64,000 nt of DNA from Ignavibacteriota bacterium (GCA_963776275.1 CAVZMI010000032.1:41704-105703); one strand, 5' to 3'; positions 37,976 through 46,143 are shown, counted from the first letter of the stretch. Translations and numbers: made by a program. The notes: generated by a model not told the origin, from the letters alone.

Positions 37976-38701
37976 ATGTCAACTACACATAGTCCCGTAG
38001 AATGCGGGGATTGCGGGAGCGCAATCGATGTGAGCGCAGACCCTCCTGAGGGACGAGCCCCTTGCCCGAAATGCGGAAGCAAGAAACGCGCATACTATGC
38101 CACAATGGCAAATGCACAACCAACAGACTACATGCTTGACCACTTCGTCGCGCACAAGCTTTCGCAACTCACTGAGTGCGGGGCGGCTGAACTGCCTGAG
38201 AAATCGTCTTGGTTGAATGCCTTCATTCTCAATAACCTCTTCATGGTCAACTTCCCCCTGAAGACACGCGCGTACCTGTTCAACTTCCTCAGGCGTGCTG
38301 AAGGAGCACTTTCGGGCTATCGCGAGGCGCGTCTCGCGCTGATTAACTACGTCAATACACCACGCAGCACCATCTACCCATATTTCAAGGCACTCTCGCT
38401 ATTCGAGATCTGTGTCTCGCAGTGCTACCAGGGATACGAGCTCCTCGCTACTGCATCTGGTGAGAGGTTCTTCGAGCAGGGCGATGGAAGCGCCGCAGAA
38501 CGGCTTCAAAAGCTCTATGTAGATTCCAAGCACATGGATTGCATGATTGATGGCGAAAAAGTACCATTAGAAGCAACAGTTCCCCTATGGATCACTAATT
38601 CTGGACTTGAGAGCGGTAGGGCCGCGCTCTCATTTCTGGAACTGGAAGAGATACTGCTCAACATGTACACATTAGCGGAAAAGGTTTCTATGCTTGACTA
38701 G
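37976..38701 (+). CDS. Hypothetical protein with N-terminal zinc-ribbon (CGDCGS..CPKCGS)
   Basis: 241 aa from the ATG at 37976 (the track ORF starts at TTG 37964, inside the repeat). No family recognised. GC is clearly higher than in the flanking genes. Confidence 0.6.
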   Translation: MSTTHSPVECGDCGSAIDVSADPPEGRAPCPKCGSKKRAYYATMANAQPTDYMLDHFVAHKLSQLTECGAAELPEKSSWLNAFILNNLFMVNFPLKTRAYLFNFLRRAEGALSGYREARLALINYVNTPRSTIYPYFKALSLFEICVSQCYQGYELLATASGERFFEQGDGSAAERLQKLYVDSKHMDCMIDGEKVPLEATVPLWITNSGLESGRAALSFLELEEILLNMYTLAEKVSMLD

Positions 38702-38814
38702 TACGCAGATCAAATGCGTGAGGTAATTCGATCACGCCATTACAGCTACAAGAGTGAAGAAGCCCATGTTCTCAACCTTGGCCCGGCCGGTGTCCGCAAT
38801 CGAATCGATACCCT

Positions 38815-38872
38815 TATGTTTCCCAAAAACGTGTTTGGAATATTATGTGGATCAATATAATTACCGTTAGCC
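38815..38872 (+). repeat. Copy C of the ~60-bp direct repeat ending in GTTAGCC
   Basis: tatgtttcccaaaaacgtgtttggaatattatgtggatcaatataattaccgttagcc. Confidence 0.85.
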
Positions 38873-38897
38873 CGTTTGTCGCTATAACAAATCGGAG

Positions 38898-39092
38898 ATG
38901 CCCAATATGAGCATGCAATCAGTTAAAAAAAGCAAATGGCTATACCCTCTCCTTTATGTTGCCTTTTTCATTATCAGTATGTTACCGCCTTATACAGAAA
39001 AGCCATATGCTCCACAAGATACACAGAATGTGATTTGTTGTTATTTCTGTATATGCCTTCATATTACCGCGAATATACAAGAAGCGGGCTAA
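38898..39092 (+). CDS. Small hypothetical membrane peptide (64 aa), weakly supported
   Basis: One hydrophobic segment (WLYPLLYVAFFIISML). The stop codon lies inside GGCTAAC (39087-39093). An overlapping 72-aa ORF exists in another frame. Confidence 0.3.
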   Translation: MPNMSMQSVKKSKWLYPLLYVAFFIISMLPPYTEKPYAPQDTQNVICCYFCICLHITANIQEAG

Positions 39093-39156
39093 CATTCGGC
39101 TCGACAGCGCATGAAAAAGCGTTCCGCTTTTTCATCGAGTCAGGCTTTTGTTAAGC
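39087..39156 (+). other. 70-bp attC-like imperfect palindrome (GGCTAAC ... GTTAAGC)
   Basis: ggctaac-attcggctcgacagcgcATGAAAAAGCGttcCGCTTTTTCATcgagtcaggctttt-gttaagc. It has an 11-bp central stem, flanking ctcg/cgag pairing with unpaired bases, and terminal boxes resembling RYYYAAC / GTTRRRY. Confidence 0.35.
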
Positions 39157-39196
39157 GCTCGCACATTAGGTTCGACCCATTAGAAGAGGACATACA

Positions 39197-39829
39197 ATGC
39201 GAAAAATCGAAATAGCGACAATAGGTGTTTTATTTGGTGCAGTACCCATCATCATTTGTTTTCTCGCAGGGTGGTGGATCAGCATCCCTCTTGTTCCTGA
39301 ATCATGGATATTCCTATGCGCTCTAACGGGTTTTCTTGTTGGAGTACTTGTCGATGTTCTTTTTCTAAAAACGTGGGTTCGACATGCCTATTCGATGAAA
39401 CCTATAGTCTGGATGATGATTTATCTGTTCTATTCCATTGGGATGTTCGGTTTCTTCATGGGAGTTCCGGTTTTCAATGTAGCGCTTGCCTTGCCTGCTG
39501 GTTTTTTCATCGGGGGATGGCTGGTTCATAGCGGTGCAGATTCCACACGCATGAAGAAGGTAGCGCGACATTGCGCTATATTCACTACAAGTGTCCTAGC
39601 ACTTATTTGCATCGCATCAGCCGCAATTGCTCTGGCCAGTTCCTCCACAGCTTCCGATCTTCAAAAAATGTTCGGTCTTTCAGTTCAGGTTACACCCGCG
39701 ATGATCATTGGCATCATCTTGGGCGGAGGCATCTTCATCCTTATTCTTCAATGGTGGCTCACATTCAAGTCTGTAGAGCGAGCGTATAGATATTTTTTTG
39801 CACGTGTCAGTCCGTCAACGTTCACATGA
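39197..39829 (+). CDS. Hypothetical polytopic membrane protein
   Basis: 210 aa with 5-6 hydrophobic segments. No family recognised. Confidence 0.6.
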   Translation: MRKIEIATIGVLFGAVPIIICFLAGWWISIPLVPESWIFLCALTGFLVGVLVDVLFLKTWVRHAYSMKPIVWMMIYLFYSIGMFGFFMGVPVFNVALALPAGFFIGGWLVHSGADSTRMKKVARHCAIFTTSVLALICIASAAIALASSSTASDLQKMFGLSVQVTPAMIIGIILGGGIFILILQWWLTFKSVERAYRYFFARVSPSTFT

Positions 39830-39852
39830 AGTATATCATAGTTTGTATATAG

Positions 39853-39950
39853 TTACCGAGCGCTAACCAGCGGCTCCTCGGTAAATCCCACTGGACCCCA
39901 CAATCCCACATAAAACGTGGGACGAGTACAACACGAGAATGTGGGACGTA
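39853..39950. repeat. Hairpin cluster with CCCAC/GTGGG words (related to 45884..46143)
   Basis: ttaccgag..ctcggtaa stem, then aatCCCACtggaCCCCACaaTCCCACataaaacGTGGGAcgagtacaacacgagaatGTGGGAcg. Confidence 0.55.
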
Positions 39951-39988
39951 GTGCAACATTGCATGACAATTAATCGGAGATTAAAGGG

Positions 39989-40447
39989 ATGGAAATTAGA
40001 GATGCCATATTTAATGATCTTCCTTCAATATTAAAGCTACAAAAGTTGTGTTATCGGGAAAATGCGGAACGATATAACGACTATCAAATACCACCAATGA
40101 TTCAGACAATTAATGATTTAGAAGATGAATTTAATTATAATGTAATATTAAAAGCTGAAGATCAATCTAAAATAATTGGCAGTCTAAGAGCATATGAAAA
40201 AAATGGTATTTGTTACATCGGGAGAGTTATTGTTCATCCCGACTACCAAAACAAAGGAATTGGAACAAAATTGATGATAGAGATTGAAAGAAGATTCCCC
40301 AATGTTTCAAAATATGAATTATTTACTGGATATAAAGACGAAAAAAATATTTACTTCTATGGTAAATTGGGCTATAAGATTTTTAAGGAAGAAAACCTTG
40401 GCTATAAGATAAAACTTGTTTTCCTGGAAAAAATAAGAATAGGATGA
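39989..40447 (+). CDS. GNAT-family N-acetyltransferase
   Basis: Contains VIVHPDYQNKGIGTKLM (motif A) and a YGKLGYK tail. Confidence 0.85.
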   Translation: MEIRDAIFNDLPSILKLQKLCYRENAERYNDYQIPPMIQTINDLEDEFNYNVILKAEDQSKIIGSLRAYEKNGICYIGRVIVHPDYQNKGIGTKLMIEIERRFPNVSKYELFTGYKDEKNIYFYGKLGYKIFKEENLGYKIKLVFLEKIRIG

Positions 40448-40451
40448 AATC

Positions 40452-41039
40452 ATGAAACAGATTGTCACAAAGGAAGCCCTCAAGGATTTGTCGTCTGATA
40501 ATCCGAGAATAAAATACAAACGGGTCAAAAATCTCCTGACGATTGCCGGGAAGAACCCGGAACAACTCTACCCACATCTCCCCTTCTTTGTCAAACTTCT
40601 CAAGAGCGAGAACAACATTTTAAAGTGGATGGCAATCGACATCATTGGATCTCTATCCAGGGTCGATACGGCGAAGAGAATCGATGGATTGCTGACGACT
40701 CTCTTTGGATTCCTTCGAGCCGGGAAAATGATTACTGCGAACCATGCAATCGCCGCCCTGTCTGCCATCGCTTCAGCTAAACCATATTATCAGAAGAAAG
40801 TGACACAGGAGCTTTTAAAAGTCGAGCAATATACGTACGACACAGATGAGTGTCATAATATAGCCCTCGGGAAAGTCATTGTGGAAATAAATTCGTATTT
40901 TAAAGAACTGAAGCAGAATGATCAGGTCGTGGAATTCGTCAGCAGGCAGATAAATAATTCGCGTGCCGCAACAAGGAAAAAAGCTGAGAATTTCTTAAAA
41001 ATTCATAAAAACCAACCAACGAAGGAGAATAAACAATGA
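40452..41039 (+). CDS. Hypothetical alpha-helical (HEAT/ARM-like) protein
   Basis: 195 aa with helical-repeat character. The start lies 4 nt after the GNAT stop, and the stop overlaps the next start (ATGA). Confidence 0.45.
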   Translation: MKQIVTKEALKDLSSDNPRIKYKRVKNLLTIAGKNPEQLYPHLPFFVKLLKSENNILKWMAIDIIGSLSRVDTAKRIDGLLTTLFGFLRAGKMITANHAIAALSAIASAKPYYQKKVTQELLKVEQYTYDTDECHNIALGKVIVEINSYFKELKQNDQVVEFVSRQINNSRAATRKKAENFLKIHKNQPTKENKQ

Positions 41040-41420
41040 AATCGATTAAATTGGTTTTCCTCTACGGATTTCTCATCTGGCTAATACCCTTCATCGTATC
41101 GTTCATTATATTCCCGATTCATGAGAATGACCGTACGCTGTTCGAATCTATCATGCCTGTCGTATTGACTATTAGTACAGTTCTGTTTTCAATTCTTTAT
41201 TTAAAAAAGGTCGAAACTAAATTTTTAAAAGAGGGCATTCTCCTCGGCGTTATCTGGTTTCTGATAAGCTTCATTATCGACCAGTTTTTGTTCAGCGCAG
41301 GTCCCCATGAAAATGAGTTTTATCGACTATATAAAAGATATCGGACTTACTTATTTGATCATTCCCACCGTCACAATCGGATCCGGTTATCTCCTTGTAA
41401 TTAGACAGAAACCTCAATAA
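41036..41420 (+). pseudogene. Small 4-TM membrane protein with 1-nt frameshift near the 3' end
   Basis: ORF 41036..41404 ends in a non-membrane-like tail. After CCCC 41303-41306 the +1 frame reads MKMSFIDYIKDIGLTYLIIPTVTIGSGYLLVIRQKPQ* (a plausible last TM helix), stopping at 41418-41420. Confidence 0.55.
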
Positions 41421-41429
41421 AATTATATA

Positions 41430-41954
41430 ATGCAGATTGAAAAATTACTATCCGGCGGCGATCTGCGTTCGATCGGGAAAAGCAATTCTGTTGTTTTGAA
41501 AATAAAAAATCAAAACGACTTTGACGAACTTTTTCAATGCTTGTTTCATAAAGACAGAATTGTTGTAATGCGCGCGGCCGATGCAATTGAAAAAATAACA
41601 ATAAAGGATCCTCTGTATCTGGCAAGGCATAAGAAAAAAATACTGGAATTGTGCAACACCGCTGACGATAAAGAACTTCAATGGCATCTCGCTCTCATGA
41701 TTCCAAGGCTGCATCTGACCTATAAAGAACTTGCAAGAATGTGGAATTTACTATCACGCTGGGCATCGGATAATAGGGAGAGCAGGATTATGCAGGTGAA
41801 TTCGATTCAGGGTCTTTTTGAATTATCAAGAGTCCACACTAAATTGATCACCGACTTCAATATGATTCTTTCCAACATTGAACGGCAAAATATACCCTCC
41901 ATCGCGGCAAGAATAAGAAAATTGAAGAAGTCGTTCGGTCGAATCAATCCATGA
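41430..41954 (+). CDS. Hypothetical HEAT-like protein (DNA-alkylation-repair/AlkD-like fold, tentative)
   Basis: 174 aa, helical. The VVMRAADAIEKIT..LQWHLALMIPRL pattern is suggestive only. Confidence 0.4.
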   Translation: MQIEKLLSGGDLRSIGKSNSVVLKIKNQNDFDELFQCLFHKDRIVVMRAADAIEKITIKDPLYLARHKKKILELCNTADDKELQWHLALMIPRLHLTYKELARMWNLLSRWASDNRESRIMQVNSIQGLFELSRVHTKLITDFNMILSNIERQNIPSIAARIRKLKKSFGRINP

Positions 41955-42109
41955 CATCTTCCGTATAATCGATATGGCATGCGACGATCAAATATCGTAT
42001 ATTATTGAAAATAATCTTCAATAATAGAAAAGTAATTTTCCCCTTTGCGCTTTTACTTTTTCCTAAATAACGTCATTATACCATTGTCTCACAGTCGGAA
42101 CATATCGGA

Positions 42110-43252
42110 ATGAAACGATTCATACTTTTAATCTTGCTATTTGTTGCTGTTGGCAGCACTTCATGTAAGGAAGACACAGCCGGTTCCGATGAGAACCAGC
42201 CACCGGCAAATTACAACTCGGCACTTGCAACGCTTCTCGATTCGCTCAGGAATGTATATAATCTTCCCGCCCTCGCCGGTGCCATTGTAACAGATACGGG
42301 TGTGATCGATGCGCAGGCAGTCGGCTGCAGACGATACGCCGGGCCGGCAAATGTAACTGTAAACGACCAATTCCACCTCGGTTCGAATACCAAAGCCATC
42401 ACTGCAGTCCTCTTGGGAATTCTTGTCGACAGCACTCTTCTCGGCTGGGATTCGACATTGCCGTCGATATTTCCAGAGTATGCAGAAACAATGCGAACTG
42501 AATACCGCTCTGTCACAGTACGCGATATCCTTTCTCACAGCGCAGGATTCATCCGTGATCCATCCCTGACGCTTACTACACAAACACTAAGGGATCAGCG
42601 TGCGGAAGTCGTCGCTTGGGCTCTTAAACAACCCCCCGCAAACGTGCGCGGACAATATCTCTACAGTAATCTCGGGTACATTATTGCCGGAGCTATCGCG
42701 GAAAAGTTGACGAATCGTCCGTACGAGGATCTTCTCATGGAACGGGTTCTCCAGCCTCTCGGAATAACCACGGCTGGTTTCGGCCCCATGGGAACGGTCG
42801 GACTCGAAGATCAACCGCTTCAGCATACACCTCAGTACATACCTCTTCAACCCGAAGCGGCCGCAGATAACCCTCCAATATATAATTCTGCGGGGAGGCT
42901 TCATATGTCGGTTGGTGACTGGGGCCGGTACATACAATGGGTACTGGCATGTGAGGCTGGACATCCCACGCTGCTTCGTCCTGAAACCGCACACACTCTG
43001 ACTACGGGGGTAGTACCGATGCCCGGAGAGGGTTCGTATGCATTCGGGTGGGTAATTGTCGACCGGCAGTGGGCCGGCGGGCGCACACTCACACATACAG
43101 GGAGCAATGGGCTGAACTTCGCGGTCGCATGGCTCGCCCCGAATCGAAGATTCGCGGTCCTTGCTGAAACGAATATCTGCACCAGCACGACACCCGGCTC
43201 GATGGACGCCGTCGTCGGCCGGATGATTATGTTCCATTTGAACGGACACTAG
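42110..43252 (+). CDS. Serine hydrolase, beta-lactamase/transpeptidase-like (class C / S12 family)
   Basis: Lipoprotein-type signal (..GSTSC). Contains SxxK (LGSNTKAIT) and YxN (YSNLGY). By eye, GC-rich relative to its neighbours. Confidence 0.85.
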   Translation: MKRFILLILLFVAVGSTSCKEDTAGSDENQPPANYNSALATLLDSLRNVYNLPALAGAIVTDTGVIDAQAVGCRRYAGPANVTVNDQFHLGSNTKAITAVLLGILVDSTLLGWDSTLPSIFPEYAETMRTEYRSVTVRDILSHSAGFIRDPSLTLTTQTLRDQRAEVVAWALKQPPANVRGQYLYSNLGYIIAGAIAEKLTNRPYEDLLMERVLQPLGITTAGFGPMGTVGLEDQPLQHTPQYIPLQPEAAADNPPIYNSAGRLHMSVGDWGRYIQWVLACEAGHPTLLRPETAHTLTTGVVPMPGEGSYAFGWVIVDRQWAGGRTLTHTGSNGLNFAVAWLAPNRRFAVLAETNICTSTTPGSMDAVVGRMIMFHLNGH

Positions 43253-43258
43253 GACACG

Positions 43259-44065
43259 ATGAGCAGCGAAAACTTTTCAACGATAGCCCAACGATATAGA
43301 GAGACTTCGATAATCCAGAAGTCTGCAGCAGAAACATTATTTTCATTACTGGATCTCAAGGATGGTGAAAGTGTTTTGGATATCGGCTGCGGAACCGGAA
43401 ACCTGACAAAAAAGATTTTCGATATCACTCATGGAAGAACCGTCGGCATCGATCCTTCAAAAGGTATGATCGATGAATCGATAAAATCTTACGGTAATAT
43501 CATGGAATTCCGGATGATGAGGGCAGAGGATCTTGACTTTAAAAATGAATTTGATGCGGTCTTCTGCAATTCTACCTTTCAATGGATTCGGGATGTCGAT
43601 AAAGTCACAGCCAATTTCTATCGCGCACTCAAAAAGGAAGGACGTATAGGAATTCAGGCTCCGGGGAGAAGGCAATATTGTCCGAATTTCATCGCGGCTG
43701 TTTCAGAAGTACTTAAAAATCCCGGCACAAGAGAGTATTTTCGGAATTTTAAACATCCCTGGTTTTTTCGCGATACCGCCGACGAGTACTCACAATACTT
43801 CCTCAGACAGGGATTTCACATTGCTTTGAGTGAAATACAAACAATGGAAACATACCACAGTCCTGAAGAGATATATGAGATATTTGCATCGGGTGCGATT
43901 GCAGGATACCTGAATAAAGAGTATTACCCGGATGGATTCGACGAGTCATATAAAAAAGAATTTGAACGAATCGTGAAAGACTCATTCTATAAGCAGGCCG
44001 GCAGTGATGGAAAGGTAAAATTAGTATTTAATAGAATATTTTTAATCGCCGAAAAAACTGCATGA
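43259..44065 (+). CDS. Class I SAM-dependent methyltransferase
   Basis: Contains VLDIGCGTGNLT (motif I) and FDAVFCNSTFQW. Confidence 0.85.
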   Translation: MSSENFSTIAQRYRETSIIQKSAAETLFSLLDLKDGESVLDIGCGTGNLTKKIFDITHGRTVGIDPSKGMIDESIKSYGNIMEFRMMRAEDLDFKNEFDAVFCNSTFQWIRDVDKVTANFYRALKKEGRIGIQAPGRRQYCPNFIAAVSEVLKNPGTREYFRNFKHPWFFRDTADEYSQYFLRQGFHIALSEIQTMETYHSPEEIYEIFASGAIAGYLNKEYYPDGFDESYKKEFERIVKDSFYKQAGSDGKVKLVFNRIFLIAEKTA

Positions 44066-44145
44066 AAAGAATATTTGTCGCTATAGTTATATCTGCACTA
44101 TCCGTTGAAAAATAACATAATACATTTTATCAACAGGATGGCAAA

Positions 44146-45300
44146 ATGAAACTATCGAAAGCCATGATAGAACTATTCATCGTCGTTTCGCTACTTATCA
44201 CAGCCGCTGCATTATGCTTTGGACAGCAAAAGAATATCAATTCTTCCGGCTTCGAAATTCACAGAGGCGTCAACCTGAGCCATTGGCTGTCGCAATGTTT
44301 AGGGTGGTCGCCCAGGGAGACTTTTATCACAGAGAAGGATATACAATTTATCGACAGCATGGGCTACGACCATGTGCGAATACCTATCGATGAAACCGAG
44401 ATGTGGACAAGCGACGGAAAGCCGATAGAAGAATCATTCACATATCTCACCCGCTGCCTCGACTGGTGCGCGAAACACAATTTAAGGGCTATTGTCGATC
44501 TTCATATCCTGAAATCGCATAATTTCAACGCCGATAATGAAGGCGGGGAAAATATATTATGGACAGACTCTTCAGCACAGCACAATTTCATCAAACTCTG
44601 GAATGACATTTCGGATTACCTGAAAAATTATCCTGTCAACATGGTTGCCTATGAGCTTATGAACGAGGCGGTTGCGCCTAACCATGAAGACTGGAACAGG
44701 TTGATTGCCAAAGCTGTAAAGGTGATCCGCATACTTGAACCCAATCGTGTTCTTATCATCGGATCGAATAGATGGCAAAGACCCGAATTTTTCCCGCAGT
44801 TAAAAGTGCCTGAGAATGATAAAAATATTATCCTCAGTCTGCACACATATTCGCCAATTCATTTTACACACAATCGGGCCGACTGGACATCCTTCAAATT
44901 ATACACCGGGCCTGCACACTATCCCGGCCAGGTTGTTGCCGACGCCGATTATAAAAAATATGTCGACACAAATAATTTAGCTCTTGTGCATGGAATGGAC
45001 GGATCGGTCCAGGTATTCGATAAAAAGAGGCTTACAGAAGAACTGCTGCCTGCTGTACAGAAAGCCAAGGAACTCAATCTTCAGCTTTACTGCGGTGAAT
45101 TTGGATGCCTTCCTCATGTCGACAGAACTGAAAGGTTGAAATACTACAACGATATCGTCTCGGCATTCGAAGAGAACAATATCGCCTGGTGCAACTGGGA
45201 ATATAAAGGCGACTTTGGAATATATTCTTTTGACTTTGAGAAAAAAGTCTCCCTCTCACCCGATTTCGGATTGATCAACATTCTGATGCAAAAGAAATAA
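44146..45300 (+). CDS. GH5 glycoside hydrolase (cellulase family)
   Basis: Signal peptide. Contains GVNLSHWLSQ, DHVRIPIDE, AIVDLH, YELMNEAV and YCGEFG. Confidence 0.85.
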   Translation: MKLSKAMIELFIVVSLLITAAALCFGQQKNINSSGFEIHRGVNLSHWLSQCLGWSPRETFITEKDIQFIDSMGYDHVRIPIDETEMWTSDGKPIEESFTYLTRCLDWCAKHNLRAIVDLHILKSHNFNADNEGGENILWTDSSAQHNFIKLWNDISDYLKNYPVNMVAYELMNEAVAPNHEDWNRLIAKAVKVIRILEPNRVLIIGSNRWQRPEFFPQLKVPENDKNIILSLHTYSPIHFTHNRADWTSFKLYTGPAHYPGQVVADADYKKYVDTNNLALVHGMDGSVQVFDKKRLTEELLPAVQKAKELNLQLYCGEFGCLPHVDRTERLKYYNDIVSAFEENNIAWCNWEYKGDFGIYSFDFEKKVSLSPDFGLINILMQKK

Positions 45301-45348
45301 TAAACTGCCCCACACCTCACCTGCCGGCTATAAATAGGAGAAAATCTG

Positions 45349-45756
45349 ATGAATGAAAATTTAAACTCTGCACAGGAAGATTACACGGGTGGTGGGCGGC
45401 AAGATCATGAACCTCCGGTCGTCATCGCTTCATATGGCTGGCGCTATCATCATCTCGGTATACCAACCGATATCCCCCGCCCCGGCGAGCGATTTCTTGA
45501 GCAATTCAAGATGTATGTGTCGGGTTTCGAAACAAGTCCTTACGGCATCGAATGGATGCGATTCGAGCAGGATAGCCCTGTTTCTGAACTGATCAGAAAT
45601 GTTCCCCACTTAGCCTTTGAAGTAGACGATCTCGATTTTGCAATAAAGGGTAAATATATACTAACTGAAGCAACCTCTCTCTCCAATGGCATAAGGGTTG
45701 CCATGATCATCCATGACGGCGCCCCTATCGAACTCCTTGAATTTCGAAAGGGCTGA
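45349..45756 (+). CDS. VOC/glyoxalase-like small protein (tentative)
   Basis: 135 aa with HHLGIPT and HLAFEVDDLDFAIKG blocks. Confidence 0.55.
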   Translation: MNENLNSAQEDYTGGGRQDHEPPVVIASYGWRYHHLGIPTDIPRPGERFLEQFKMYVSGFETSPYGIEWMRFEQDSPVSELIRNVPHLAFEVDDLDFAIKGKYILTEATSLSNGIRVAMIIHDGAPIELLEFRKG

Positions 45757-45883
45757 CAATCATTGCTTTTACACACAAGAATAATTAATTTTTATAGATC
45801 GGGACGTTTGAAAAACTCTGTTTATATATTTTCTATGGACACACTTGAGCCGGCGGTCTGAAACAACCTGTATTTTCTGAATT

Positions 45884-46143
45884 GCCACGAGCTCGGGCTT
45901 TTACGCCCCACGCTTTCGTGCTTTTCACGTCCCACGATCTTTGTGGGACCAGTGGGGTTAACTCGTGGGAAATAAGAGGAGAAAAATGAGGGGTTTTAAC
46001 CCCACATTAAATTGATGTAGGGCTAAAGCCCGCAAAGATTTTTTAGATTTAAAAATCCACGACCTGACCCCACTGGAAAGCGTGGGGCGTAAATCCCACA
46101 GGAAACGTGGGACGGAAAAAACCCGAAGCACGAGGTCGTGGCC
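45884..46143. repeat. 260-bp BIME-like cluster of inverted repeats and GTCCCAC-N7-GTGGGAC hairpins
   Basis: A 17-nt perfect inverted repeat, ttacgccccacgctttc (45901-45917) / gaaagcgtggggcgtaa (46076-46092). Hairpins gtcccac-gatcttt-gtgggac (45929-45949) and tcccac-aggaaac-gtggga (46094-46112). Outer arms gccacgagctcg / cgaggtcgtggc. Confidence 0.75.

Noticed and set aside
42587-43249. 220-aa antisense ORF, and other antisense ORFs, within the beta-lactamase-like gene
   Set aside because: The sense strand has SxxK and YxN motifs and a lipoprotein signal. The antisense ORFs are a by-product of high local GC.
46003-46032. Tiny ORF MRGFNPTLN preceded by aagaggag in the centre of the hairpin cluster
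   Set aside because: Nine codons overlapping a ggggtt..aacccc hairpin. There is no way to distinguish this from chance and no downstream gene arrangement typical of leader-peptide attenuation.
45884-46143. Possible CRISPR array or tRNA/tmRNA-like gene in the hairpin-rich gap
   Set aside because: The repeats are short palindromic words in both orientations without regular repeat-spacer periodicity. There is no cloverleaf, no CCA-type acceptor pairing and no tmRNA, RNase P or SRP signature sequence.
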